Both the position numbers and the translations under genes were made by a program. A stretch of DNA of 64,000 nt, taken from contig NEEC01000013.1 in assembly GCA_002189035.1 (NCBI GenBank), positions 248,001-312,000 on the forward strand. The letters run 5' to 3'. A model generated the notes under the pieces. It searched no databases, was not told the DNA's origin, and worked only from the letters and a program-made list of their open reading frames with translations. The DNA is from Utricularia gibba (lineage: Eukaryota; Plantae; Magnoliophyta). Within the stretch, counting starts at the first letter, position 1, and the number at the start of each line of letters is the position of its first letter. Of the stretch, positions 1-12,420 are shown in pieces.

Positions 1-479
1 CTAACATGCCTGCCCGCCTGCCTCCGATCAAATTTTCATTTTTTTTTTCCTTCCAATAAAAAAATCAAAATGATTTACCGAGAAATAATTCAACAGAATT
101 TGTCCTTGGCGGCACGACATTATTTAATCAAATTAAGCATACAGTAATCTTAAGAGACAGAGAGTTCGTTAGTTATACAATAAATCTCCATAACAGCATA
201 CGATTCGACGCCCTGGAAGTCATGATTGGAACAACACTTGGCTTCAACGTGGTGTAATGACGGCACCTTCTCTTCGGAGCACGACCCGAAATTACAAAAG
301 GATCTTAAAATAAATGCAGGGAAAACATCAAGAATGAAACTATATTTGTAATTATGCATAGATAGAATAAAAATTCGGTTTCTCAAGAAGAAAAAACCGT
401 CTTGATGTTGCATGCTTTTAGTTAAAAAAAAAATTTAAAGGAAAATTATGCATACATACGGCGCTTTTTGTAATGAAAG

Positions 480-680
480 GGATGGGCACGTGGTGGGATC
501 TCCGTGCGATGCGGTAAAACTCACGTGATCGAGGTGCCTAGCCTACTACCACTACCACCACCACGTTCCCCGAATCACGTGGCCAAACTGATATAATTTC
601 GAGTGGGGACCCACCACGCGGCGCATATCCACTGCTACTCCCATTTTCAATGAGCCCGTGGGGCCGGCCCATGTTCGCCG
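480..680. promoter_or_regulatory. GC-rich cis-element cluster (G-boxes, TCP/site II motifs); target gene probably outside the window
   Basis: CACGTG at 487, 522 and 576; GGACCCAC at 607; GGCCCA at 666, all in an otherwise AT-rich background. Confidence 0.4.
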
Positions 681-1899
681 TTCCCGTTCTTGTTTTCTAG
701 ATTCCCGTGGGCGGGGTACTTTCGTCATTAGTCCAAAATCCATTCTTGGAGTAAATTCATATATTTGTAAAATATAATTGCAAAATTAATATAAATGAAA
801 TATTTGAAAATATGTTTAGTTCATAAAATGAAATTAAGATAGAAAATATTTCGAATAAATTTTTTTTCTAATATTTCTTGAGTTTAATAACACCATCTTA
901 AAACAAATCAAGTGATAGAGGTCGGAAATTGGTAAATGCCATATGAAAAAGGAAGGCTGCATAATTGAGCGGAGAAGAGATCATCAAATCGGTTCTTGCT
1001 AGACGAAATTGATTTTGGATCAGTAAATGAACTCTTACAATCGATAACATAAGCACATGCCTGTGGGAATGGGAGACGGACGATGTAAGGCCTCAGCCAT
1101 TTGAACAGAATTTGAAAAGTAACGATTTGCAGGAATTCAAAACAGACAGTGTTTATATGTTTAATTAGATTATACGTGTGATTGATATACCCACTAGGCA
1201 CATAAAGTAACTAACATCCGCAAAAATCAGTTGACTAAGCTTCTCTTATAAATAAGATAACGTTTGAAAAGAAAAGTATTTTACATTCTACACACTATTT
1301 GTAATTCTTTCTTTTTACTCCTTGCTGGAATCATTTATCTAATTAATCCCTCCAACTTTATAATTTTTTTATTTCGATGATTTTCATGCAAATTTTTTTT
1401 TATTTCTTTTACTACTTTATACCTTAATCGGAAGCGAAACCTAAACCATCAGATCACATATATAGTTCGGATTCATACCCGTACATCAGATCGACCTAGA
1501 ACACTGATTTGCTCCCACAACATCAAGTCTAATTTAAATGATAAAAACAGATGATGTAAATATTAGGTAGACACAATTTACTCTTAGTTAGAATTGCTAA
1601 AAGTTTTTGTATGTTGAATCAAGATTTACTTTCTAAAAAAAATTGATGGACTAATGACAGTGCTAAGTATTTGTTTGTTTACATAGCAAATGCAGAAATT
1701 TGTGATCTTACACTATTAAAAATGACATACATGTCTTTATGCCATTGCCCTCTAAACATCAAATTGAATGAAAATGTTATTACCTTAAAACACTTGAACT
1801 TATACATGAGAGGCTTTGGAATTTAATCATGGAAGTGAAGGAATTGAAATAAAGAGTTAATGACATTTCTATCATCAAATAATGTGCTAGTTATTTTAT

Positions 1900-2700
1900 T
1901 TTATTTTAATTTTAGATTAATTTAGGTTAATTAGTTTGAGTGATTCAAATTTGGTCTTTCAAATTAGGAGCAGGTTATATGTTAGACATTTTTGCTTTAT
2001 GCGAGAAGTTATGAATTTGTTTAGTATGTTTCTATGTTTAAATATGATGCTTCATGTAATGACTAGCTTGCATGAATTTTATGTTAACCTTTTGAATAAC
2101 CTCATGAATATTATCTTGACTTTTAATATTTGTATGAGTGAGCAGACATGTTAGTAATATCTAAGTTGTGCATTATAGATTTTTCTACGTATGTATTTTG
2201 TCTTTTTGAGGATTATTGGCTTATTGAAAAAAAAAAAGAGAGAGAGAGAGAAAAGGAAAAAAAATAAAATAGAGATGAGAACAATAAGGACCAAGAAAAA
2301 CATCATAAAAAAACAATAATATACAAAGTTTGAAAAAATAGCACATAATAAAAGATGATGTGCGGACTTGAAAAACAACAAGCTAATAAAATGGATGAAT
2401 CAATTTGGAGGAAGAGGTGAAAACCCCCATGGAGGAAAGGGGGAGAGTGATGACCCCTACGCATAAGCAAGGAGTTAACATCGTGTCGAAGTTGATTATG
2501 ATAAATTTTACACATCCCATTTTTTGTTTTAAAAAAATGAGAAAAATAATTTATAAATCTTAATCCTCAGAATGTATTTGTTAGGTGACTTAAGATTTTG
2601 ATATATTTTATGGTTTTAGCTTTAGAATATATTTAATATATAAATTTCGATATGTTATATTTTATAATGAGAAGGTATTTAGATTGTAGTTTTAATAATT
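1900..2700 (+). mobile_element. Degenerate Athila-like 3' non-coding region, PPT-like segment and start of a 3' LTR
   Basis: A/AG-rich tract (2225-2270), then 'gcataagcaaggagttaacatcgtgtcgaagttgat', which resembles the Athila pre-LTR/PPT segment, then a TGAT-initiated AT-rich stretch. Heavily decayed. Confidence 0.3.
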
Positions 2701-3043
2701 AGTTTTATATTTATTTATAATTTATAAAGAGATAATGATAATTGAAAATAAATATGTGGTTTAATATAAAATATACTATCCCATCATTTTTCAATAAAAT
2801 TGTATATGTAATTTTAATTTATTTTAAACCAATTTCAAATTAAGCTACTAGTTTAATTTAAAACTTCTTATTAAATACATACTATTAAATAAAACATACT
2901 TTAAAACTATCATTAAACCAACTATCAAACATTATCTAAGTGTTTTCTAAATACATTGATTTAGTATGTTTAATCCAAAAAAAATTTTCAACATGAAACT
3001 AATCATGCATATTAGAGTGATGAAATCACTTATATAGTTACAC

Positions 3044-4977
3044 ATGAGTTGTAACCAGTTTCAAATCATCGGTTTTAGTTTGGAACCGAATGATTTTTTT
3101 GAATCATCAGTTCATAAACTAAGTTCACTATTGACTTTTGTTACGGTTTTCAACCAAATTCAAATTACACACTTTGAATCGAACCAAAACTAGAACGTCG
3201 AACTGAAATTAGAACTTGATGGTTTTTGTAGATTTTAATTTTCAGGCACTCACATGAGCTATTTTGGGTACTTATGAAATGCACCATTTGATGCGTATCG
3301 TTTCTACAATAAATTTTAATATTTTTAAAATTCATAAAACACAAAAGCGTAGTATTGATGTCGAACATAGGGAGTTGTTTTTCAGTGAAATGTGAGATAC
3401 ATAGAATACAACTGTCACGATTTGTAAATGGTTTTGAAAGTAAAAAGTGCGAGAAACGTAGATGATGAAGTTTGAACCTTCAGGAATAAGAGGGTTTTAA
3501 ACAAACAACAGGAATAACGTAAATGATGAACCTTAAACAAAGTGAATGTTTTTGGGTTTGGGATCCTGCCTAACTATGTTCATTACGTCTTCACTCTTCT
3601 CTGCTCTTCTTGTACTCGGTTATAGAAGTAATGAATTTTCCACCCTCCCTTACACTCTCTTGTAAAAAGGCACGGGAATAGTCCGATGTTGCTCTTCCTT
3701 GGATGAACGTGAGAATAAGTGGTCCTGCCAACGTACCCTCACGGCCGAATTGTGCACGTGTGACCGAGTGTTGCCAATGACCCAATCAGTTCAAATACAA
3801 GGTCATTATCTGTCTATTAATCCTAAGGTACGGCCACAGACAAAACGTTGTCTCCCTCCTACAAAAAAGGCATGAATTGGTGTTTTCCACCTTGCTCCTC
3901 TTCAAGACTCAAGGATAATGATCAGCTAACCATAAATCTTAAATAAGGGGACTGTTACAGAAAGACTGTAGCATAGTTGCGTGAAGACATACAGAACCCG
4001 TTCGTATTCAAAGAAGAGATGAAGATAAGCTAATGAAACATAGATTTGAGAGTATCCCAACCTAAAAACGGAAGTTTCTAGCCGTGAACGGCTATTCAAA
4101 CTAAAGGAAATGAAAACAGATTCTAGAGAGAAGCTAAAGTAAAATCCTATTGATAGAGAAACAAAATTATAAACTAAACTGAAAGCTGACTCTCACTCCC
4201 GAACTGAACTAAGCTTAACTATTTTGTCTGATTTTTCGTGTTCCTCTAGGTCTACTGGATTGGAGTGACTTGCAAGAAAACGTCTACTCTAACACTGGTA
4301 CGCTAATGATGTTGCCTGCCAAAGACTCCCGTGTTACGCACGTCAAGGCTCATAATTAGGCGTCATCAGTCCTCCGAAAATCAAAGGGATGTCAGCTTGG
4401 GAAGATCCATTTTGTCGCTATCTACTACCCTCGTTCTCTCACTTTTTGCCACATGTGTGTCTCTAGAAAAACATAAACAAAACTAGCAAAAAAAATAAAT
4501 AAAATACAAGATTTAAGATAATTATTTTAAACTAGATAAAAATTTAAATCTCATGTTATAGACTCCTAATTAGATAATTCTAATCACATATAGACATAAA
4601 AACAACCTAATAAATAGTGAGAAAATGACACTTAACACCTTTTTTCTAAAAAATTTTCTAATCTCTCATAATGATTGTTAAAAGAATCTAGAAATGATGA
4701 TAAAAATAGAAAATATTTTTCAAATACATCATGTTTTAATATTTTTCAAACTCTCATGAGGATGTTAAGAGTACCCGAGATCATTTAAAAATGAAACCAA
4801 TGGTTCATTAGTTTCGAACCTTTAGTTCCATCGATTTCTTATAGATGGAAACCCTAGTTTCCCAGTTCTAAATATTTTGGAATTTTCCAAAATCATACAA
4901 CGGACATTATTTGAATCGAACTGGAATCACGATTTTTATTCAAACCATGGTTCTAATTTGAACTGATTACAACTCTA
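3044..4977. mobile_element. Probable non-autonomous DNA element (hAT/MITE-like) interrupted by a solo LTR
   Basis: Imperfect inverted ends GAGTTGTAACCAGTTTCAAA (3046) and TTTGAACTGATTACAACTC (ending about 4975), with GAACC/GGTTC-rich subterminal motifs. No convincing 8-bp TSD. Confidence 0.4.
3289..4637 (-). mobile_element. Solo LTR, Athila-type subfamily A
   Basis: Reverse complement of the 5' LTR at 29531-30884 (TGTTAAGTG...CATCA). Flanks CCATT / CCTTT give a 4/5 TSD match. Confidence 0.9.
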
Positions 4978-5664
4978 ATAAGCACTGTGTTGGTTGATGC
5001 ATTCAAAATAAAAAATTGGTTATCACATAGGTAGAATTTAAATTATTTTCATTCATATAAATTGACTATTTTATTTTAACTTGTAATTATAAGTATGCTT
5101 TTACCTTTGATTTTCAAAGTTATTTTGTTCAGTTTAACCATAAATGTTGCGTTTACCATTTTGTGAAAAAAAAAATAAAATAAATGATTAATTTATTTTA
5201 GATTCGAATGATAGTGTTTTGTATAATTTTTTATTAATAAAGTATAATAGATGCCATAAGAAAAGAAAAAAAAATATTTAGTTGAGGAAACTTATACTAC
5301 ATGTTAACTAATGAGTTTAAGAATGTAGATTGCCTAAGTGAGTTTTTGATGACTCACATTTTCTTAGCATTTAATACCAAATTATGATATTTTATTGTAG
5401 TTTAGCTTAATTTCGTGTTTATATTAGAAAAGTAGGATTTAGTCCATATTTTGTTACTGATGTTTAATTAAATTTAGTAGGAAGATTAGCAGCGAATCGT
5501 ACTAAAAGATGTATGAAATAAATAGAAAAGGGCACAACATTTGAAACGTGACAAAGAGCACTGTTTTGTCACCCACAGTCTCTAAGTTCAAGCCGAAATA
5601 GTGTTGTTGTCAAGAACAGTGTAGAGGTACGACTGATTCAAGCAAACTATGAGTTTCAAAAGCA

Positions 5665-6320
5665 CGGTTTGTCATGGAACACGGTTTCGGTTTTGGTTCG
5701 GAACCGGATTTCAAACCCTTAAACCGAACCAAAAACTGGAATCGAAACCGTGGTACTGAATCGAAACCAAAACCGATCAATTACTGTTTGAATGTAATTA
5801 TTACTTTCAATTGAGAGACTTATGCTAATTAATTAAGCTCATTTTGAATATAGAAAAAATGGGTTGTAAATTAGCAAACTCATCAGATAATTTTATTTTT
5901 TGAAGGATTTGAAGGTGAATTGTGACCTAATTTAGTGAATAATTGGTTCAATATTTTTTTCGGCACTCAAATTTGCTATTGTGGGTGTCGCAAAGCTGAA
6001 AATCCTTAATGGGTGTTTGGAAACTGCGTTTAGAAAGATTTATTCTAAGCATCCACATTGACTCGTGCAGGTTCTTGGGAAGTGCATATAAGAATTTTTG
6101 AATATTTTAAATTGAACCGTACGATTCACGATTCGGAACCATCGGTTGGGTAATTCCGAACAGGTTGGAACCAACGGTTCCATGATTCAAAATATGTGGA
6201 ACCCAATCAAAATCATATGGTTCTGGAACTGGAACTAGAACCATACAGACGATCATATTTCGAAAACGAATCAGAACTAAAACTGTCAGCATCAGTTTGA
6301 ACTGATCGAACATTTAGAAT
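5665..6320. repeat. AACCG/GAACC-rich non-autonomous DNA-transposon-like repeat
   Basis: Dense clusters of aaaccgaacc / ggttcggaacc motifs at 5680-5780 and 6110-6310 around an AT-rich core. Termini not resolved. Confidence 0.4.
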
Positions 6321-7959
6321 AGTGCATTGAAGTAAAGTAGAAGAGATATTTTTGAAAGAGTGAGAGAATTGAAGAGAGCTTCATCAACGATACACAAGGA
6401 GGAGCTCCAACAACACTTTGCACCAACTTCTTGTGATCGATCTCGAATTTCACTTTACATTTTGTTTTTAATTTGTATTTTTTGAGATTAGTAATTACAA
6501 ATTTATTTAATATCAAAATTTAATTTTATTGCAACGATATTCAAAAATTCTCATTTATCATTTTTTTGAGAGAAATCAATAAGATCAGGTATACCTAATT
6601 TTATTAAATTTGCAACATAATAGATTGACCAAACCTCCTAAAACTCTTAAGACATAACATTTTGTATTTGATAACATTAAAATCAAGAATCTATTGCATT
6701 TTTACATTTAATTTCATATCTTTTTTAAAATTATTGTAAATTTTAGCTAATATTTATTTTTTTATTATGGTAATGAAACTTTCATTAAAAAAAAATAGCA
6801 ACTTCTTGTATTTGACATCGAAACTCTATGCATATCTGGTATTTATTTTTATTTCTTTAAATTAATATTTATAATTTTTATTAGATACGAAAATCTCATT
6901 TTATAATTATTCATAAAATTTTAGTTTATCATTATGAAAAGAAAAAAAATAGAGTTGAAAATATTATGAGAACAAAATTATCATGATATGATATTGGTCA
7001 AAGTAAAATTTTCTCACATTTTTTGACATACTAGAATTCTACTATTGCACCTTACATTGGATTTCTTATAAATTCTTGAATTAAATAACAAAATATGTTT
7101 GTGTTTTACTAGAAAAACATACTAGAAAAACATATTCCATTATTTACTTTGAGGGCTATATCCTTTGATTTTAAGGTAATTTTTATCTTCTGAATTTTCA
7201 AAGCAAACAATGGAATATGTTTTTTTTCATAAATAAAATGATTTAGCTATTATCATTTCAAAACAACATACAAAGGCATGGATATAAATAAAGATGGCAA
7301 GCACAAACTACATATCTTCCAAATTAAGACAGCTATAATTGTGGTGTGGTATCCATTTATATGAAATTATTGAATTAGTATTTTAAATTCTCTCTAATAA
7401 CCCAATTTAGGTATATGATTCTCCCCTTTTGAAATATTCACTTGTAGTAGATTGAGTTTTAGCCCATGGGCCTCGGACCCATTATCAAGTATTTTGTTTG
7501 GTCTAATGTGTATTATATTATCAAGTTTTGATGTTAATTATACAAGTGCATAAAAATCGTCGAAGTAATAAAATAAGATTATATTCACAAGGAAATGTTG
7601 GAATTTTTTTTTCAAACAAAGGTTCAAAGACTAAAAACAAAAGAAAGGCTTAGTTTTAAAAATAATAAGAAAAATAGTTTTGAATTTAGTATACATCTTG
7701 CATAAAACTCGCTCATACTTATGTGTGTTAACTTTGAGGAATAATTTGCTTCTGTAAGTTTTGGGGTATTATTCTAAAATAGTCGACTTGGTTATCGTTA
7801 TAACACCCTCTCTCGTTTTATGATAACCCATGTTTTTACTATGCCCAAATCTAACCTTTACATTTCACATCTCGCAGACAAATTAGACAAAATATTTATA
7901 GGAGAGCAAATTGAAGTCTTCATATTGGACTTGATTGATGAGTTTAATAATATCTTCTA

Positions 7960-8995
7960 TTCAAATCTTTTATTCGAATATTTCGAAATCATTTTCAAAT
8001 CTTTATCTTATCCATGAATTTTGGACCAAATATTCATTGTTTGTCTGACTCTTGAGTTGAGATTCGTGGCCCATCAAATACATAATTTTGTGGGTCTTGA
8101 TTTCTCATTAAATTTATCCAAATGTGCTCTAAAAATACATAAAATACAATTTATCTTCAAAAAGATCAAAGTAATTTGAAAGATACAAAATTAATTGAAA
8201 ATAATAAGAAAGTAGAATATAAAGTAAATAAAAATAATTCTTAAAACTAATGAAATAACATATTTTAGAACGATACAAAATTAATTATCAAGTTCATTTA
8301 GAAAATAATGATTATTCTTACTTTTTTTAAAAAAAATGAAAAAAAATTAAATCAATTTTAAGAGAACGTTTGGTAAAAATTAAAATATTAAATTTGTGTT
8401 AAAATTTAATAAACTATAAGCTTAATGAAAATTCATATTTAATTATAAAATTAAAAATTCATAAAAGAATTTATTATTAAATCATTAAATTTATAAAATA
8501 CAAACCATCTAGATAGATTACAATTTTAACTAACTCATGATTTAAAAAGATACTATATCCCTTTTGCCCTAAAACAATTCCTCCAATTGTAGTATAATTT
8601 AGAAATCTGATCATCATGTGATTGCTATGAGGAAAAAGTAATCTCATTATTATTTTTTTGTTTTATTTTGTAAATGATGCATTGATAATTAATTTTGTAT
8701 ATCAATGTTATAACAATAAATGATTTATTGTTATCTATGATATATTATAATTTCTTATTGTTTTTGATTGATTTTAAATTTTTCAAATTAATTTGATATT
8801 TTTAAAGAAAAAGTATATTTTATAGATTTTAGAACACTTTTAGATTAATTTGAAGAGAAATTAAGATACTCTAATTTATGAGTTCGGGATAATATGAATT
8901 GGAGTTCAAGAATAGGTCAAAGAATAAAGATTTAGTCTAAAATTGATTGATAAGATAAAAATTTGAAAATAATTTTAGAAAATTTAGATATCATC
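7960..8995. repeat. Head-to-head inverted pair of about 330-bp decayed LTR-like 5' ends
   Basis: The reverse complement of about 7960-8290 aligns with 8683-8995. Both begin TGATAATTAATTTTGTAT and share blocks such as TTTCAAATTAcTTTGAT and GATAAGATAAAgATTTGAAAAT. Spacer 8291-8682. Confidence 0.6.
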
Positions 8996-9796
8996 TAAAA
9001 CCATAAAAAAACCCAATGTATTGAAAACAAAATTCCGTAATTTTGAATATATTATAAAATATTATTTATTATATTTTAAATTACATATATTTTTGTATAA
9101 AATGTTATAATAAATATATCATAACTACTTATTTTTTAAATGATACATTATCTAAAGCAAACTCAATTTTTTTCCAAATATCCTATGTTTTGTTTAGTTA
9201 TAGTTATTTTTTAAAGTATTTTTCAATAAAAGTACGAGAATGAAATCATATTTGATTGTTACCATTTTAATTTGTAGAATTAATTCGACCAGAAGTGTCT
9301 TTTTTTAGTAAAAAGAATCCTCCGCTCTCTATTTAGTTTAAACAAAAGTGGCTTTTATGTTTCAACTATTAAGTTACCTTCAATTAAAATTTATGCTAAT
9401 AATTATTTCACCGTCAATGTAATTTCTTGTATTTTCCGTTGGATTATGTGACTAGAGAATTCTGATTGTATCTCATGATCTTTCATTTTTATTTTACATC
9501 ATTGAAAGTCATATAAAGTAGATTTCAACGATGAATTTATTTCAATTGGCAAGATTATTTTGTTAACCGTGTAAAAATCAATTGTCAATAATTAAATTTC
9601 AATATTTATTGTCAAATGAAATTTTATTTTTTCGAATTTTATAAATTTAATTTGATAATAATGAGTTTGAGATATGTCTCTAATAAATTAAAAAGTAAAT
9701 ATCCTTAGTTCTTTTGTTGTACATAAATCATTCATTTTTATTAATAAAATCTTTTTATAATATCTTTCTAAAGTAATAATATGTTTTAAACAGTCA

Positions 9797-10890
9797 TGTT
9801 AAGTGTCATTTTCTAGTTATTTATTATGTATTAATCTAATGTTAATTTGACTAATTTAGAATTTATATTGATAAATATAGTATTTCCTGATAAAAATACT
9901 ATTTTCCTATTTTGTATATATTTTCTGTCTTTTTTCGTGTATTTTGACCGAGACATGTTACGAGACTGTCGTGGAGTGTTGCAGGAGCATTGCAGGAGAC
10001 TCTGACTTTTCATTTGTATGCGACTTGGAACAATTGTGGGTGGAAGACTGACACTGGTCAAGTTCCCTGAGTTACATCATGTTAGAGTCTGCAGAAATAA
10101 TTGGGCGCTAACTTGCACGCAAAGGAAAGTTGCTGCCGCACGCAAGACAAAAGAAATGATGAGAAGGAGACCTAAAGAAGTTAATGCACGTGGGGAGTGA
10201 TATAAAAGCAACTTGAAACACTTAGTTTCGGACTTTTGCCATTTCCTTTCTAGACTAGAACTTTTGAGTTCTTCCTCCCTTCAAGGAGGAAGAACACTTT
10301 GTTTCTAATTTCGTTTCTATTTTCATGGCTCTTTGTGGTTAAATCATTTTAGTTTCTAAGATAAGATGAAGTTTCCTTCCAAGTCTTGAGCAATACACTT
10401 GGTTCTTCGCTAAATTCATTTTGGATTTTGCATACTTCTACACATCTTGTTGCAGTCTTTCTGTAACGACTCCTAGTCAAGGTTAATGAGTAGCAGGCCA
10501 CTCCTCACAGATTTTGGTGAAGATCAAGGTGAAGAGCACCAACTCCAACCCTATTGATTCGAGAGAAGTAGCAGATTGTTTGTGGCCTAGATATCGCGAT
10601 AGTGGACAGGTTGTGACCTCGGACCTGCCATTGGCCATTGGCAACAGCTGGGCATATGTGCGCAATTCGGTTTTGAAGGCAATCGAAGGCAATCTTCTTG
10701 TCTTCCTAATCGTTCAAGGGGGAATCACATGAGGCTATTTCCGTGTATCATTGTCAATCAGAGTGTAAGGGAGAATATGCTATTCTTTGCTCCTATAACC
10801 AACTATTCGGAAGAAATCAGTGAAAATCGAGGCAAGAATGGACAAAGGAAGAAGACGGAATCACATTCCTAGGAACTGCATCCCGTAATC
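9797..10890 (+). mobile_element. 3'-truncated LTR, Athila-type subfamily B
   Basis: Starts TGTTAAGTGTCATTTTCTAG and is collinear with the reverse complement of 62365-63669 up to about 10890. Its GC-rich block (10500-10800) is homologous to subfamily A LTRs. Confidence 0.8.
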
Positions 10891-12420
10891 GATGCACCCA
10901 ATCGAAACATATATGTTTTGGATTGATGAAAACATAGATTCATTATTTGATGCATGCAGTTTTGAAATGACTACAAAATCTCATTATTGATTCTATGGGA
11001 TGAGAAATAGAAAAAAAATTAGTGTTCATTTTGTATGATAATAAAATTTTTATTCACTTTTGTCACATCACGGAATTTTCAAATTAATATACCCAAATAG
11101 AGGAATACCAAATACAAAGGTGCCAGACAATGTGATTCTCAAATGGAGAAACATTTGAGACATGCTCAGGAAAATAATGTTCAAATGGTCAACTCTACAA
11201 AAAGAAACCCTGAGTAAAAAGTATTTGATAAATAAAGCTTCTAAAGAAGAACACCCGATTGGAATAATAATTGGGTATGAATGCTACTGTCCTCAATAAG
11301 AGAATGCCCACAAAGGAGAGCTCGTAAGAACAATGAAAGCTCTAGTGATAGTATTTCACTATTCAAAAAAAAAAAAGAGTTATCTACATAATAAGGTCCA
11401 AAAAAAAGTGCTCAAATAGTAGTACCCAAATATGGCTGCCAATATGATGAAGGGAAAGACAACATCGAGGAAGAGATATAAATAACCAATACCTGAAGAC
11501 AATGTCAACTCCTATCGAGTATTAAAGTATCAAACTTGGAGGTCTCCACCAAAATAACATAACATAGCATGTAACACTCAAATAGTAGTGTTGATAATTT
11601 AAGAGCATCCTTAATGCGGCTAAAAGTGAAGGCCCGGATGATTAGCAATCAAGATAGGAGTACTCAACTCAAAGACATGAGTGCCTATTGCCTAGATAGT
11701 GTACAATAATTAACCACAAGCTCTTGATAACAACAAAAGGTAAGTCTCTAAATAGAAATACCACTCACTATGTAGGTTAACAGGGACCAATGCGTGATTC
11801 GATATCCCAGGAAATCGAAGGGAAGATGCAAAACAACGTTGTCGCAAAAAGGGATAGTATTTCCTAAGGTTACAGAGAGGAGAACGTGGCGACATGGATA
11901 AGCCTCTAATACAGCAGCAAAGAGTCACATCCCATAATTGCATCATAGATAATGAGGAGAGCCCTCCATTATTTATGCATATCAAACATTCATTCTTGAT
12001 TTTGTACAAATCATTATACATCTGAAAATTCAATAGTTATTGATATCATTTTTGTAACTCAATCATTTATAATAGAATTCTATTTTCAGATGTGAACAGC
12101 ATTTTCGATTTTTGAATTTCTAGCAAAAACATAAAACTTTATTTAAAAAACTCAAAATTTTGGATTTTTTTAACAGAATTCTATCTTTGTTTTTCTATCA
12201 CAACACTCATTAATTGAAGATCAAATATAAATTTAAATTATTTTTTTTATCATTTTTTAAACTAAATTTCTAAAACATTGCTTTTAATTGACTGAAATTT
12301 ATTTAAATGTTTTTTTATTTTTAAATAAAAATCAAGTCCGTAAACGAGCGATTGTTTGCTAAGACTCGGGCGGTGATTTGTGATCCATTCCATCTTTTCC
12401 AAGGTTGTTTCAGTTTCTCC

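Noticed and set aside
900-1210. LSGEEIIKSV-like word suggesting a CACTA transposase fragment
   Set aside because: A single short motif with no supporting neighbours.
11100-12030. Possible LINE reverse-transcriptase remnant (LPFDFLG and FGIPLF-like words on the minus strand)
   Set aside because: Motifs are out of order or wrongly spaced, and the frames are full of stops; not supportable.
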